A stretch of DNA of 57,709 bases from a virus. Its lineage: Duplodnaviria > Caudoviricetes. The notes under the pieces were generated by a model. The model searched no databases and was not told the origin of the DNA. It worked only from the letters and a program-made list of their open reading frames with translations. The position numbers were made by a program, and so were the translations under genes. The stretch is from positions 1 to 57,709 of IMG/VR virus record IMGVR_UViG_3300030107_000393. One strand, given 5' to 3'. Of this stretch, positions 1 through 8,374 are shown in pieces (positions within the stretch are counted from its first letter, which is position 1; each line of letters opens with the position of its first letter).

Positions 1-100
1 GTTCCCAATCTGGGTACTGTAAACGTACAAAGCCAAGGAAAGATTCCTGTGAGTCTTTTAATTTGAGTAGATACTTGGCGACTTCTGCCTGAGATAGTTT
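1..100. repeat. Terminal direct repeat (circular assembly overlap), left copy
   Basis: 1-100 equals 57610-57709 except position 2 (T) vs 57611 (C); 3-100 is an exact 98-bp match. Confidence 0.97.
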
Positions 101-106
101 AGCCAA
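1..106 (-). CDS. terL: Terminase large subunit, 5' part across the origin
   Basis: Frame of the 56090-57526 ORF stays open through 57709 and the join to a TTG at 106-104, giving MAKLSQAEVAKYLLKLKDSQESFLGFVRLQYPDWE...; an in-frame stop lies 4 codons further upstream. Confidence 0.8.
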   Translation of the reverse strand, partial: MAKLSQAEVAKYLLKLKDSQESFLGFVRLQYPDWE

Positions 107-320
107 GTCTTTTTCTTAGCCTTCTGCTTTGCTTTATCTCGTATGCTGTCTTGCCACACTGTACTGTGTCTTCCATTATACGCATGAACTGGTCAAATAC
201 TGCGTGTTTAACTTTTTCTGGTGGAACAGAAGTTAAATCTATTTGTGACATTGCCTTGCCTAGCTCTTGTAAAGTTATATTAGAGGGTTTTGCGTCTTTC
301 TGTTTATTTGTTATCTTCAA
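99..320 (-). CDS. Hypothetical protein (73 aa) between terS and terL
   Basis: Overlaps both neighbours in operon fashion; GGAG upstream. Confidence 0.65.
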   Translation of the reverse strand: MKITNKQKDAKPSNITLQELGKAMSQIDLTSVPPEKVKHAVFDQFMRIMEDTVQCGKTAYEIKQSRRLRKRLG

Positions 321-765
321 TTACTTCTCCCTGTACTTCTATTTCCGACACACCCTGTGCAATTCGTTCTAGTTCTTCCCTAGATAGGTCTGTCAGTTGC
401 TTCATATTGACTTCATGCTGTACGAAATTGGCATTTAAGTCTGGTACTACCTTGTTTAATAGCATTCCAAACACTCTGGCTTGGGTAGGATTCCATTCTG
501 TATGACCTAATACTACTGTATGTGCAAGATTTATTTGGTCTTTGACGTATGAAGCTATCTCGCCACGTATGTTTGCAGACATAGCAGGACTTAATTTAAC
601 TTCATCTACTTTCTTTGCTACTGCTTTCATTTTCTTTACTTCTTTTTCTAGTTTTCTACACTCATGTGAACAGAACTTTCTACGAAATTCATGTGATTTC
701 CTAGTATTAAACTTCTTTGCACATGTCTTACAAGTTATTTGTACCACGTTTTCAGACATTTTCAA
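304..765 (-). CDS. terS: Probable terminase small subunit with N-terminal Zn finger
   Basis: CxxC...CSxxC motif, then helical TQARVFGMLLNKVVPDL...LSREELERIA; lies upstream of terL. Confidence 0.6.
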   Translation of the reverse strand: MKMSENVVQITCKTCAKKFNTRKSHEFRRKFCSHECRKLEKEVKKMKAVAKKVDEVKLSPAMSANIRGEIASYVKDQINLAHTVVLGHTEWNPTQARVFGMLLNKVVPDLNANFVQHEVNMKQLTDLSREELERIAQGVSEIEVQGEVIEDNK

Positions 766-784
766 TAATTACTCCGATAAGTTG

Positions 785-1040
785 TGGGGGTGGGGAGGTG
801 ACTCTCCAAATTTCCAAAACCGAATCGATGGCATACCCCCCCCTTACCTCGTCTGCATACACATACATGACACATACATGACGCAGGTAACGCTAAAGCG
901 TTGAATTTGTTACGTTTTTATCCCCTAAAAAAGGGGATTTTCCTCGTATATGCGTGTCTGCACGTTTTAGAACAATCACGTATACACGCCTAAACAATAC
1001 CTTCGCAAAACGCAAAGTCAATCAAAACAATGACTTAGCT
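785..1040. other. Non-coding region between the diverging arms; candidate packaging/terminus region
   Basis: G and C tracts, tandem ACACATACATG x2 (859-880), hairpin ATCCCCT-AAAAA-AGGGGAT (920-938), two IHF-like sites; next to terS. Confidence 0.45.
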
Positions 1041-1067
1041 TTTTCACACAGGCAGACACGTGCGCAC

Positions 1068-1082
1068 TCCGAAGGACTTTAT
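1068..1082 (+). promoter_or_regulatory. 15-bp motif TCCGAAGGACTTTAT, copy 1
   Basis: Identical to 2702-2716; both precede early transcription units and follow CAGACAC. Confidence 0.6.
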
Positions 1083-1119
1083 AGTTGGTGATTTCAACAA
1101 GCCAAATGGGAGAATCATC

Positions 1120-1500
1120 ATGGCACAATCAAAGAAACGTGCAGACGCACAAATCGACTTCGACACTTTCGCAACAGGCAACATCGCACGTGGGACTTCG
1201 TTGAAGTCCCTCACCGAGATGGTCAACGCCAACTCGTGTACCATTGCTGAAGCAATGGCGTACGCTGAGTTCATGGTCGCCAAATCGAAGCCCACTTCGA
1301 AGGGCTTCATCGCACGATGGACGAAGGTCGGTGCTGACCTTGCGAAGGGCAGTCTCGGTGACACGAACGTGTACTTTGCTAAGGCAAAGCCGATTGCGAA
1401 AGCAAAGCCGAAGGCTTCCGTTGCTCCTCAAGGTATCGCAAAACTGAGCAAGGCTCAGTTGGTGGACATCGTGCAACGCTTCATGGCTGAGGCTGAGTAA
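1120..1500 (+). CDS. First early protein, basic, Ala/Lys-rich C-terminus
   Basis: GGGAG RBS before ATG 1120; followed by a strong terminator. Confidence 0.8.
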   Translation: MAQSKKRADAQIDFDTFATGNIARGTSLKSLTEMVNANSCTIAEAMAYAEFMVAKSKPTSKGFIARWTKVGADLAKGSLGDTNVYFAKAKPIAKAKPKASVAPQGIAKLSKAQLVDIVQRFMAEAE

Positions 1501-1507
1501 CACAAAC

Positions 1508-1541
1508 GCAGAGACGCATAATGCGTCTCTGCTTTTTTTTT
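1508..1541 (+). terminator. Intrinsic terminator
   Basis: GCAGAGACGCAT-A-ATGCGTCTCTGC inverted repeat followed by T9. Confidence 0.9.
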
Positions 1542-1574
1542 GTTTTTTTTCACATATACGCATGGAGGTAAATT

Positions 1575-1712
1575 ATGCGACAACAACACAGACTACAACG
1601 CTTGATAACACGAGCAACGAACGACAACAACGTAATCATGTTGAAACGTGCCGAAAAACAAGCTAGGCTTTTAGAACGTAGACAACAACAACGCAACACG
1701 AGGAGACGATAA
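1575..1712 (+). CDS. Small Arg/Gln-rich protein (45 aa, below the ORF-track cut-off)
   Basis: GGAGGT RBS; MRQQHRLQRLITRATND...RNTRRR. Confidence 0.65.
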   Translation: MRQQHRLQRLITRATNDNNVIMLKRAEKQARLLERRQQQRNTRRR

Positions 1713-1713
1713 T

Positions 1714-1902
1714 ATGTTACTCGAAAAACTCAAAGCCATAGGCATTTTCATTATGTTCGTAATTGCAATTCATCTCATAATGCTCGTGTTCATCGAGTTC
1801 ATGGTGGGTTGTGGTTCGAAGACATACTACAACGATGGCACGTGGGAGACGATGCCATGCGTTTTCATTCCCTACGAAACAACAACAGGCACATGGAGGT
1901 AA
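1714..1902 (+). CDS. Small membrane protein (62 aa)
   Basis: AGGAG RBS; hydrophobic N-terminal helix then two Cys. Confidence 0.7.
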   Translation: MLLEKLKAIGIFIMFVIAIHLIMLVFIEFMVGCGSKTYYNDGTWETMPCVFIPYETTTGTWR

Positions 1903-1904
1903 AT

Positions 1905-2189
1905 ATGCCAAAGTACACATTTGAATGGACGAGGACAACAACGTACTCGACAGTAATCGAAGCCGATAGTGAGACAGATGCTCACGAAGACTTGATGGAC
2001 GACATCAAGGCACAACAAACCGACTTCACGTCTGACATAACAGACGAGGTGTTTGACGTGCCAGAAGAGTCGAGTGGTGTCATGTTCACACAAGAAATGA
2101 GCGATGACGAAATCAAGAAAGCTATCGAGAACAACGACAACATCATCAAGGGTGTGTTCGACAAGTGGAAGAAAGGTAGCAACACATGA
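1905..2189 (+). CDS. Acidic hypothetical protein (94 aa), DpnD/PcfM-like N-terminus
   Basis: GGAGGT RBS before ATG 1905; KYTFEWTRTTTYSTVIEADSETDA pattern; D/E-rich. Confidence 0.7.
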   Translation: MPKYTFEWTRTTTYSTVIEADSETDAHEDLMDDIKAQQTDFTSDITDEVFDVPEESSGVMFTQEMSDDEIKKAIENNDNIIKGVFDKWKKGSNT

Positions 2190-2677
2190 ACCGATTTCTC
2201 ATTGAACGCAACCCACAAAGCATAGCCAAATCACTATGCGACCAACACATTGTGAAGATGCCACTCGAAGAGGCACAGATGCTTTGCACGGCATTGTGGC
2301 ATCACAACGCAGAGTTCGCCTTTGAAAACAACTTGTACAAACCAGTACATCAGAAACACCCATGCACCTTGTGGTGCATGGAGACACGAGACAACTTCAA
2401 GTTCGCTTTCACGTTGTACTGGTGTATGTTGTTAGAATACAAGGTGCGATACCGAAGAATGCACGGAGCAAGAAAGCCGTTTCATGCAATCTTACAAGGA
2501 ATACATCACATTCCAAAGGGCAAAATTACAAAGCACCCTCAATGCTTTGGACAACACTACGAGTCCATCAAGACTGACGAGGACTATCCTATCAATGCGT
2601 ACAGAGACTTCTACAGACTAGACAAACTCTCCTTTGCGAGATGGAAACACAGTAGAAAACCTCATTGGTTAAACTAA
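2186..2677 (+). CDS. Pyrimidine-dimer DNA glycosylase-like protein (T4 DenV/Pyr_excise-related)
   Basis: MNRF...CDQHIVKMPLEEAQML...HQKHPCTLW...AYRDFY motifs typical of this phage family. Confidence 0.7.
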   Translation: MNRFLIERNPQSIAKSLCDQHIVKMPLEEAQMLCTALWHHNAEFAFENNLYKPVHQKHPCTLWCMETRDNFKFAFTLYWCMLLEYKVRYRRMHGARKPFHAILQGIHHIPKGKITKHPQCFGQHYESIKTDEDYPINAYRDFYRLDKLSFARWKHSRKPHWLN

Positions 2678-2701
2678 CGCACAGACACACACCCACAATA
2701 G

Positions 2702-2716
2702 TCCGAAGGACTTTAT
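2702..2716 (+). promoter_or_regulatory. 15-bp motif TCCGAAGGACTTTAT, copy 2 (AGTCC-GAA-GGACT hairpin)
   Basis: Identical to 1068-1082. Confidence 0.6.
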
Positions 2717-2762
2717 TATAGAGTGACAGAATTTGTTGACCAACTATTGACACAATAGGGGG

Positions 2763-2791
2763 TTGACAAACTGTCATTCATGTATTACAAT
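2763..2791 (+). promoter_or_regulatory. Sigma70-type early promoter
   Basis: TTGACA-17 bp-TACAAT, about 25 nt upstream of the AAA+ gene start. Confidence 0.85.
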
Positions 2792-2815
2792 CATCATTAC
2801 ACACAAGGAGGACTT

Positions 2816-4840
2816 ATGATTGATGAAAAGAGAGTTGCTCACTTACGAGCAGAACTAAATGAAATCATGGCTATGGACTACGGCAAGATGCGTAGTAAAT
2901 TACGTAGCATGGCTTCGCCAATACTTGCAAATCATGTTGCAGATAATGATGTCGACATTGCAGACATTCAGAGACGTTCCACAAACGCATTGAAAATGCC
3001 AAGCTACAAGCCAACTGTGAGTGGTGTCATCATGTCTTGTTCTATTCCTGCGTTGTACGACATCATCTTCAGCGAATTTGGTGCTAGTAACGTACTCGAT
3101 GCGATACTTGACCCATTTCGCTATGGCTACTCAAACTCAAGCAAGAGTGGCTACGACTTTGGCAGACACAAAGAGGTGTCAGACGAGTTGCACAAAAAGA
3201 GAATCGAGTATATTGGAACAACTGCACCTAATAAGAAATTGCCGTGGCGATACAGAAACGCACAAGACCTTGACGAGTTTGATGCCAACACTCTAGGTGC
3301 TAATGCATTGTTGGACATCATGTCGAAAGTTTGCCTTATGACAGATATGGAGGTCGACACAGACGACATCACTACTGCACTCGTTGAAGTGTTGAAGAAC
3401 TTTGCCGAGACGTGGGAAGTTCCAATGTTCGATATCAAGGCACAAGGTCTTCACGACCTCATGGAAAACGAGCCATTGATTGCAACTGAGTACAACCTCA
3501 AACACCCAAATTGGAAAGAGACGGAAGACAAACTCAACGACAGAGACGTTCCGTTTGATGGCATATGTTCTCATGTTGTGTACAATCTCGCACAAATGCA
3601 TTCATCTGTTGGGTTGAAAACTGAGCCAAAGATGGCGAGTGGTAAGGTGTTTCTTGGCTCAAAGGTAAAGAGTGCAAGCAAAGATAGCATCAACCTTGTG
3701 AACATGACGTTGAAGACAATCGGACTAGACGACATCGAGAAACTGTCTAACGACTATGATGACATGATGAGCAAGGTAGACGTTCAATCCGAGGAACTTG
3801 CAGAGATGGAGAAAAAGCTGAGAATTATGTCAGCAAGTACTGCGATTGCACCTAGCAAAGTCGAGGCAAGTGGTGAGATACCAAGTGGTAAGCAAGTAAC
3901 GAAGAAAGCACATGAGGTATTCACGATACCAAGTGCGAGCAAAAAGATGTTCGACTTCGACATTCTCACATGGGAATGGGATAAACCACACCCTTACGTT
4001 CCTGCGATTGACAGTGGATACATCTTCAGACCATCGAGTTTGTTGAGAGTTCTGTATGCATTGAACACCAACCAACGTGTGTATCTACATGGTCATACTG
4101 GTAGTGGTAAGACGACTTTCATCGAGCAAGTTTGTGCTTACACATCGACACCATTTATGAGAGTGAACTTCGATAGTGAGGTTACACGTATGGACTTGCT
4201 TGGCAGAGACGTGCTGACCACTGGTTCTAGTGGTGCTACGGAGTCCAAGTTCGTTGAGGGTATCTTGCCAAAGATGATGACGACACCATGTGTTGGTTGC
4301 TTTGACGAGATTGACTTCATCAGACCAGACGTTGCTTACGTGATGCAGAGAGCATTTGAAGGCAACGGATTGATGCTAACGGAAGATGGTGGACGTGTAG
4401 TTCAACCACACCCACAGTTCAGAATGGTCGCAACTGGTAACACAGTAGGTCAAGGCGATGAGTATGGTATGTATCAAGGTGCAAGACCACAGAGTATGGC
4501 GATGATTGACAGATTTACCATATGGGTCAACGTACCATACCTTGACAAAAAGCAACGTGATGATTTGCTCAAGAGCAAAGTTCCGTTGTTGAAAGACAAT
4601 CAACGTGAGCAACTTAATCAGTACGTTGGTGAACATCTTGAAGCATTTACTACATCGAAAGTGCTTCAGCCAATATCGCCACGTGGTATGCTATCTCTTG
4701 GCGATACAATAGTGAACTTCTGCACTTTGTTTAATGACAAAGATGCCGTGAATGAAGCACTTGAAGCCGTGATACTTGACAGATGTACGCAACAAGACAG
4801 AGCCGTACTCAAAGGTATCGTAAACAGAATCTTTTCATAA
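2816..4840 (+). CDS. CobS-like MoxR-family AAA+ ATPase with long N-terminal extension
   Basis: Walker A GHTGSGKT, Walker B CFDEID, ATGNT sensor, DRF; PAIDSGYIF CobS-type N-motif; AGGAGG RBS before ATG 2816. Confidence 0.88.
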   Translation: MIDEKRVAHLRAELNEIMAMDYGKMRSKLRSMASPILANHVADNDVDIADIQRRSTNALKMPSYKPTVSGVIMSCSIPALYDIIFSEFGASNVLDAILDPFRYGYSNSSKSGYDFGRHKEVSDELHKKRIEYIGTTAPNKKLPWRYRNAQDLDEFDANTLGANALLDIMSKVCLMTDMEVDTDDITTALVEVLKNFAETWEVPMFDIKAQGLHDLMENEPLIATEYNLKHPNWKETEDKLNDRDVPFDGICSHVVYNLAQMHSSVGLKTEPKMASGKVFLGSKVKSASKDSINLVNMTLKTIGLDDIEKLSNDYDDMMSKVDVQSEELAEMEKKLRIMSASTAIAPSKVEASGEIPSGKQVTKKAHEVFTIPSASKKMFDFDILTWEWDKPHPYVPAIDSGYIFRPSSLLRVLYALNTNQRVYLHGHTGSGKTTFIEQVCAYTSTPFMRVNFDSEVTRMDLLGRDVLTTGSSGATESKFVEGILPKMMTTPCVGCFDEIDFIRPDVAYVMQRAFEGNGLMLTEDGGRVVQPHPQFRMVATGNTVGQGDEYGMYQGARPQSMAMIDRFTIWVNVPYLDKKQRDDLLKSKVPLLKDNQREQLNQYVGEHLEAFTTSKVLQPISPRGMLSLGDTIVNFCTLFNDKDAVNEALEAVILDRCTQQDRAVLKGIVNRIFS

Positions 4841-4851
4841 GGAGGTAAAAC

Positions 4852-6732
4852 ATGAAATCAGATTTATTTCAACACGAGGTTCGCAAGACCTCATCAGTAT
4901 TTGGTAGGAAAGAAGACGTAACAGTTGAGTTCCAAGGCGAAGAAGCCATGACTAACGGCTCGACTATCGTACTGCCAGCGATGGACTTCGAGAAGGACAT
5001 CAGCAAAAATGACCAAGCAATCATGCGTGGATATGTTGACCATGAGAGTGGTCACATTCGACACACAGACTTCAAAGCACTCAACAAGTTCGGCAAGGAG
5101 AATGAGGGCAACAAGTTGCTCTTGAACTTACAGAATGCTATCGAGGACATTTACTTGGAGAAGAAAGTGATAGACGAGTATGCAGGTTCGAAAGAGAACC
5201 TTGTTGCTACGTCTGGTTGTGTCAACGATGGCTTCCTTGAGTCCATAGGAACTGGCTTTGAGAAAGAGGCATTGGATAATCTCACGTTCATTACACCAGT
5301 TGCAATTACATGGGAGGGTCGCAAGCACTATGGCAACAATGGTGCAGACATATGCTTGGACTTGTTAAAGCCTCATGTTCGAAAGAAGATTGAGCGATGG
5401 ACTAAGAAGATTGACGATTGCAAGAACACCAAAGACGTGATTGCACTTGCCAAGAAGATTGAGAAAGAGATACGTGAGGAAGAGCCAAAGAAGGAGACGC
5501 CTAAACCAACAGACGTATCAGTAGGAAAAACGCCTGGCAAGAAAGGCAATGAGCCAGGCGATGGTGCTGAAGTATCCAAAGACGGAGACGGAGACGAGAA
5601 CAAAGGCAGTGGTGAACAGAAAGAGAGGTTCACACACAAACAAGGTGGTTCTGAGTGTTCGGAAGTTCCTGAAGAAATTCAGGAAGACGATGTGTATGAG
5701 GACTTCGAGTACAAGGAGATTGTCAAGGAGATTGGTAGGCAGAACTCAGCAGACCACAAAGACTTGCGTAGTGGCAAGGCATACTCAGCACAGAGTACTG
5801 CTCACGACAAATGGCATCACAGAACTGATGAACCTAACAAGTACAGAAATGCGTATGGTCACTTGAGATTGAAAGAGGGCAAGGCATCTCAATATGATAG
5901 GCATTTAACCATGATGCAAGGCGATGTGAATATGATGAGACGTTCCATCGAGAGAGCATTGTTCGCTAAGTCGCAGAGAGATTGGGACTTTGGCAAGGAA
6001 GACGGACGATTGGATAGTCGCAGGTTTCCGTCTGCTTTCAATGGCAAGCCAAATGTATTTAAGATGAAGTCTGATAGACGTGAGATGGATACTGCGTTGA
6101 CCATGCTTGTTGACTTGAGTGGTTCTATGAGTGGCGAGAAAGTGTTTGTCGCTCAACAATGTGCGATGGCGATTGCTGAATGTGTTGATAGAACTGGTAT
6201 CGCATACGAGATACTTGGGTTCAACACTGGTAGTGGCAGTGTGCCTGGCGTTCCACCAAGAAGTACAAGCTATGAAGACAGACTTACGTATACACGTTGG
6301 GAGAGCATTGATATGTGGATATTCAAGCACTTCAAGGAGAGATTGTTTGAAGCCAAGGGTGCTATCTCATGTATATCGCAGTGTAGTGGTGGTAACAATG
6401 TCGATGGCGAGAGTGTGCAGTATGCATATGACAGACTTAAAGAGAGGAACGAGCAACGCAAAGTGTTAATCGTATTGTCTGATGGTCAGCCTGCGTGTAG
6501 CACACACTACGATGTGTCATTGAGAAGACATCTCGTGGATACTGTGAAGAAGATTGAAGCAGACAAAGACACGGACGTTGTTGGTATTGGCATCAGAAAC
6601 AGTGCCGTGAAAGATTACTACAGCAATCACGTTGTAGTAGAGAATGTGGGAGAACTTGCCAAGAGTGCAATGGGTGAGTTGTCTCAGATACTGTTGGGTA
6701 CAAAGGTTGGTATCCACAAGAGGATTGCATAA
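4852..6732 (+). CDS. CobT-like protein: N-terminal HExxH metallopeptidase-like domain plus C-terminal vWA domain
   Basis: YVDHESGH...NAIEDIYLE; GRLDSRR; MIDAS LVDLSGSM; VLSDGQP; VGIGI. Confidence 0.88.
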   Translation: MKSDLFQHEVRKTSSVFGRKEDVTVEFQGEEAMTNGSTIVLPAMDFEKDISKNDQAIMRGYVDHESGHIRHTDFKALNKFGKENEGNKLLLNLQNAIEDIYLEKKVIDEYAGSKENLVATSGCVNDGFLESIGTGFEKEALDNLTFITPVAITWEGRKHYGNNGADICLDLLKPHVRKKIERWTKKIDDCKNTKDVIALAKKIEKEIREEEPKKETPKPTDVSVGKTPGKKGNEPGDGAEVSKDGDGDENKGSGEQKERFTHKQGGSECSEVPEEIQEDDVYEDFEYKEIVKEIGRQNSADHKDLRSGKAYSAQSTAHDKWHHRTDEPNKYRNAYGHLRLKEGKASQYDRHLTMMQGDVNMMRRSIERALFAKSQRDWDFGKEDGRLDSRRFPSAFNGKPNVFKMKSDRREMDTALTMLVDLSGSMSGEKVFVAQQCAMAIAECVDRTGIAYEILGFNTGSGSVPGVPPRSTSYEDRLTYTRWESIDMWIFKHFKERLFEAKGAISCISQCSGGNNVDGESVQYAYDRLKERNEQRKVLIVLSDGQPACSTHYDVSLRRHLVDTVKKIEADKDTDVVGIGIRNSAVKDYYSNHVVVENVGELAKSAMGELSQILLGTKVGIHKRIA

Positions 6733-6923
6733 TGGGAGTTAAGAAAGCATTTACCATACATAATCATTGGTTGCCTTTGTATCCCACAAGAGGAATGCAA
6801 TTTAGGTTTTGGTTTGAGGTTGCAAAGCGAGTGAACTACGCAAAAATCAAATCAGACAATTACGATAAAATTTCAACAATATGTAAGGAGGTCGACAATG
6901 ACTTTAAAGCAAGAAAAATCTAA
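6732..6923 (+). CDS. Hypothetical protein (63 aa)
   Basis: TAATG coupling to the vWA gene. Confidence 0.6.
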   Translation: MGVKKAFTIHNHWLPLYPTRGMQFRFWFEVAKRVNYAKIKSDNYDKISTICKEVDNDFKARKI

Positions 6924-7452
6924 AGCAACGAGTAAGATAGCGAAGAAAAAGCTAGAAGACTTAGGTGTAATCGAGAGGGAGCAGGCTTCTGCTTTGGGAG
7001 GAACAAATGAGAAAACTAATTCTACACCTACACCCTCTCTGTTTCAGTACACACAATCGAGGAAGAGTACAAGGAAAAGAACAAGTACTCAAACTTCAAC
7101 CTCACGTGAAGAATATCGCAAAAACTTTCCTTATGTCAAGACCCCATCTGTCTTTTCAAAGCCAAAGATAGACGAGAAGTTACGTGAGATTGCAGGTAAG
7201 TATGCTTTCCAACCCAATCCAAAGCAACCTATACACAACTTTGCATTCGCAGACGAGGCATTGATTACAGAGATGGTCGATGTTTTGTATCGCTATGTTG
7301 GAGACGTGCTTGAAGGCATGGACTTGATATACAGAGTTGACAATGAGTTGAAAGACAAGAACAGAACGAAGTTGCTTGAGATAATGATGTCGTGTGTTCA
7401 CATGGACGAAAAGGGTACTGTCTCTCAGTTCTTCTTCAAAGGAGATGTGTAA
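6898..7452 (+). CDS. Hypothetical protein (184 aa)
   Basis: AAGGAGG RBS; in operon. Confidence 0.75.
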   Translation: MTLKQEKSKATSKIAKKKLEDLGVIEREQASALGGTNEKTNSTPTPSLFQYTQSRKSTRKRTSTQTSTSREEYRKNFPYVKTPSVFSKPKIDEKLREIAGKYAFQPNPKQPIHNFAFADEALITEMVDVLYRYVGDVLEGMDLIYRVDNELKDKNRTKLLEIMMSCVHMDEKGTVSQFFFKGDV

Positions 7453-7943
7453 TGAATGTGATTGATAAGCTATTGAAACTGTATAACGTGCTAGACGTAG
7501 AGGAAAAGCAAGAGTTCCTCACAGTTGTATCACGTAATGCCAAGTCTGATGGAGTCATTACAGATGACGACATCAAGAAAGCAAGTGCCACACCTATCAA
7601 GGGTAGCACTGCCAAGTATCCATCAAAGGGTGGCAAAAAGCCACCCTTTTGGGTGAAAGAAATCAAGGAGATTGACGATACGAAGAGAGGTATGTTTCGT
7701 GTCGTTGGTGATTGGTTGTATGTGAACAAGCCATGTAGCGAGAGGAAACTATGTGTGCTTGGGTTCAAGTCCAACCATTCAGAACGCAAGACGTATGTGC
7801 TTGGGTTCACAAGCGATAGAGAGTTTGAAGTTGTGAACACTAAAACTGGTTACAAAGTACACGTATACTTCATGCCAAGTGGAGAGTACGATACGTTTGC
7901 AGACGTAGAGGCAGCAGCATCAAGGGAGTTAAAAAATGAGTAA
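7452..7943 (+). CDS. Hypothetical protein
   Basis: GGAG RBS and TAATG coupling at 7452. Confidence 0.75.
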   Translation: MNVIDKLLKLYNVLDVEEKQEFLTVVSRNAKSDGVITDDDIKKASATPIKGSTAKYPSKGGKKPPFWVKEIKEIDDTKRGMFRVVGDWLYVNKPCSERKLCVLGFKSNHSERKTYVLGFTSDREFEVVNTKTGYKVHVYFMPSGEYDTFADVEAAASRELKNE

Positions 7944-8151
7944 ACATACATTCTTAAAGGATAACATAGGATTTAAAGTACAAGACGCAGACGAGGGATT
8001 AGCATTTGAAGGCACGATTGGTGCTTTGAACGATGTCTTAGAAGAGAATTTCAACTGCGTAATATGTTACGATGAATCAACAATAATACACTCTGGCGAA
8101 ATTATGTATCATGGGTTCGCCATACAAGCCAAGGAGGATAACAATGAGTAA
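7936..8151 (+). CDS. Acidic hypothetical protein (71 aa)
   Basis: GGGAG RBS; overlaps neighbours. Confidence 0.7.
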   Translation: MSKHTFLKDNIGFKVQDADEGLAFEGTIGALNDVLEENFNCVICYDESTIIHSGEIMYHGFAIQAKEDNNE

Positions 8152-8374
8152 AGGTTGGATAGTGAAGATGGAGATAACATCTTACGAAAAGATTTTGGTA
8201 TACACACCAAGATACGAGGACGCAGAGAGGTTGGCGAAAGAACAGATGAAAAAGTCTAGGTCTTACAACGACTCTGTTGTGATGGTAACAAGTCTGTCGA
8301 GTACGGAAGACGTCTCGCCTGACATCGAGAAAGATTTCTACGCAATCATAGGAGGAAGTAATGAAACAAAGTAA
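8144..8374 (+). CDS. Hypothetical protein
   Basis: AGGAGG RBS before ATG 8144. Confidence 0.7.
   Translation: MSKGWIVKMEITSYEKILVYTPRYEDAERLAKEQMKKSRSYNDSVVMVTSLSSTEDVSPDIEKDFYAIIGGSNETK

Noticed and set aside
1-100. Biological terminal repeat
   Set aside because: It falls inside terL and is a round 100 bp, which fits an assembly overlap.
859-882. CRISPR-like or iteron array
   Set aside because: Only two 11-bp tandem units with no spacers; no repeat-spacer array seen anywhere.
2816-6732. Cobalamin biosynthesis auxiliary genes cobS/cobT
   Set aside because: No cobN or other pathway gene, and extra domains are present; gene symbols withheld.
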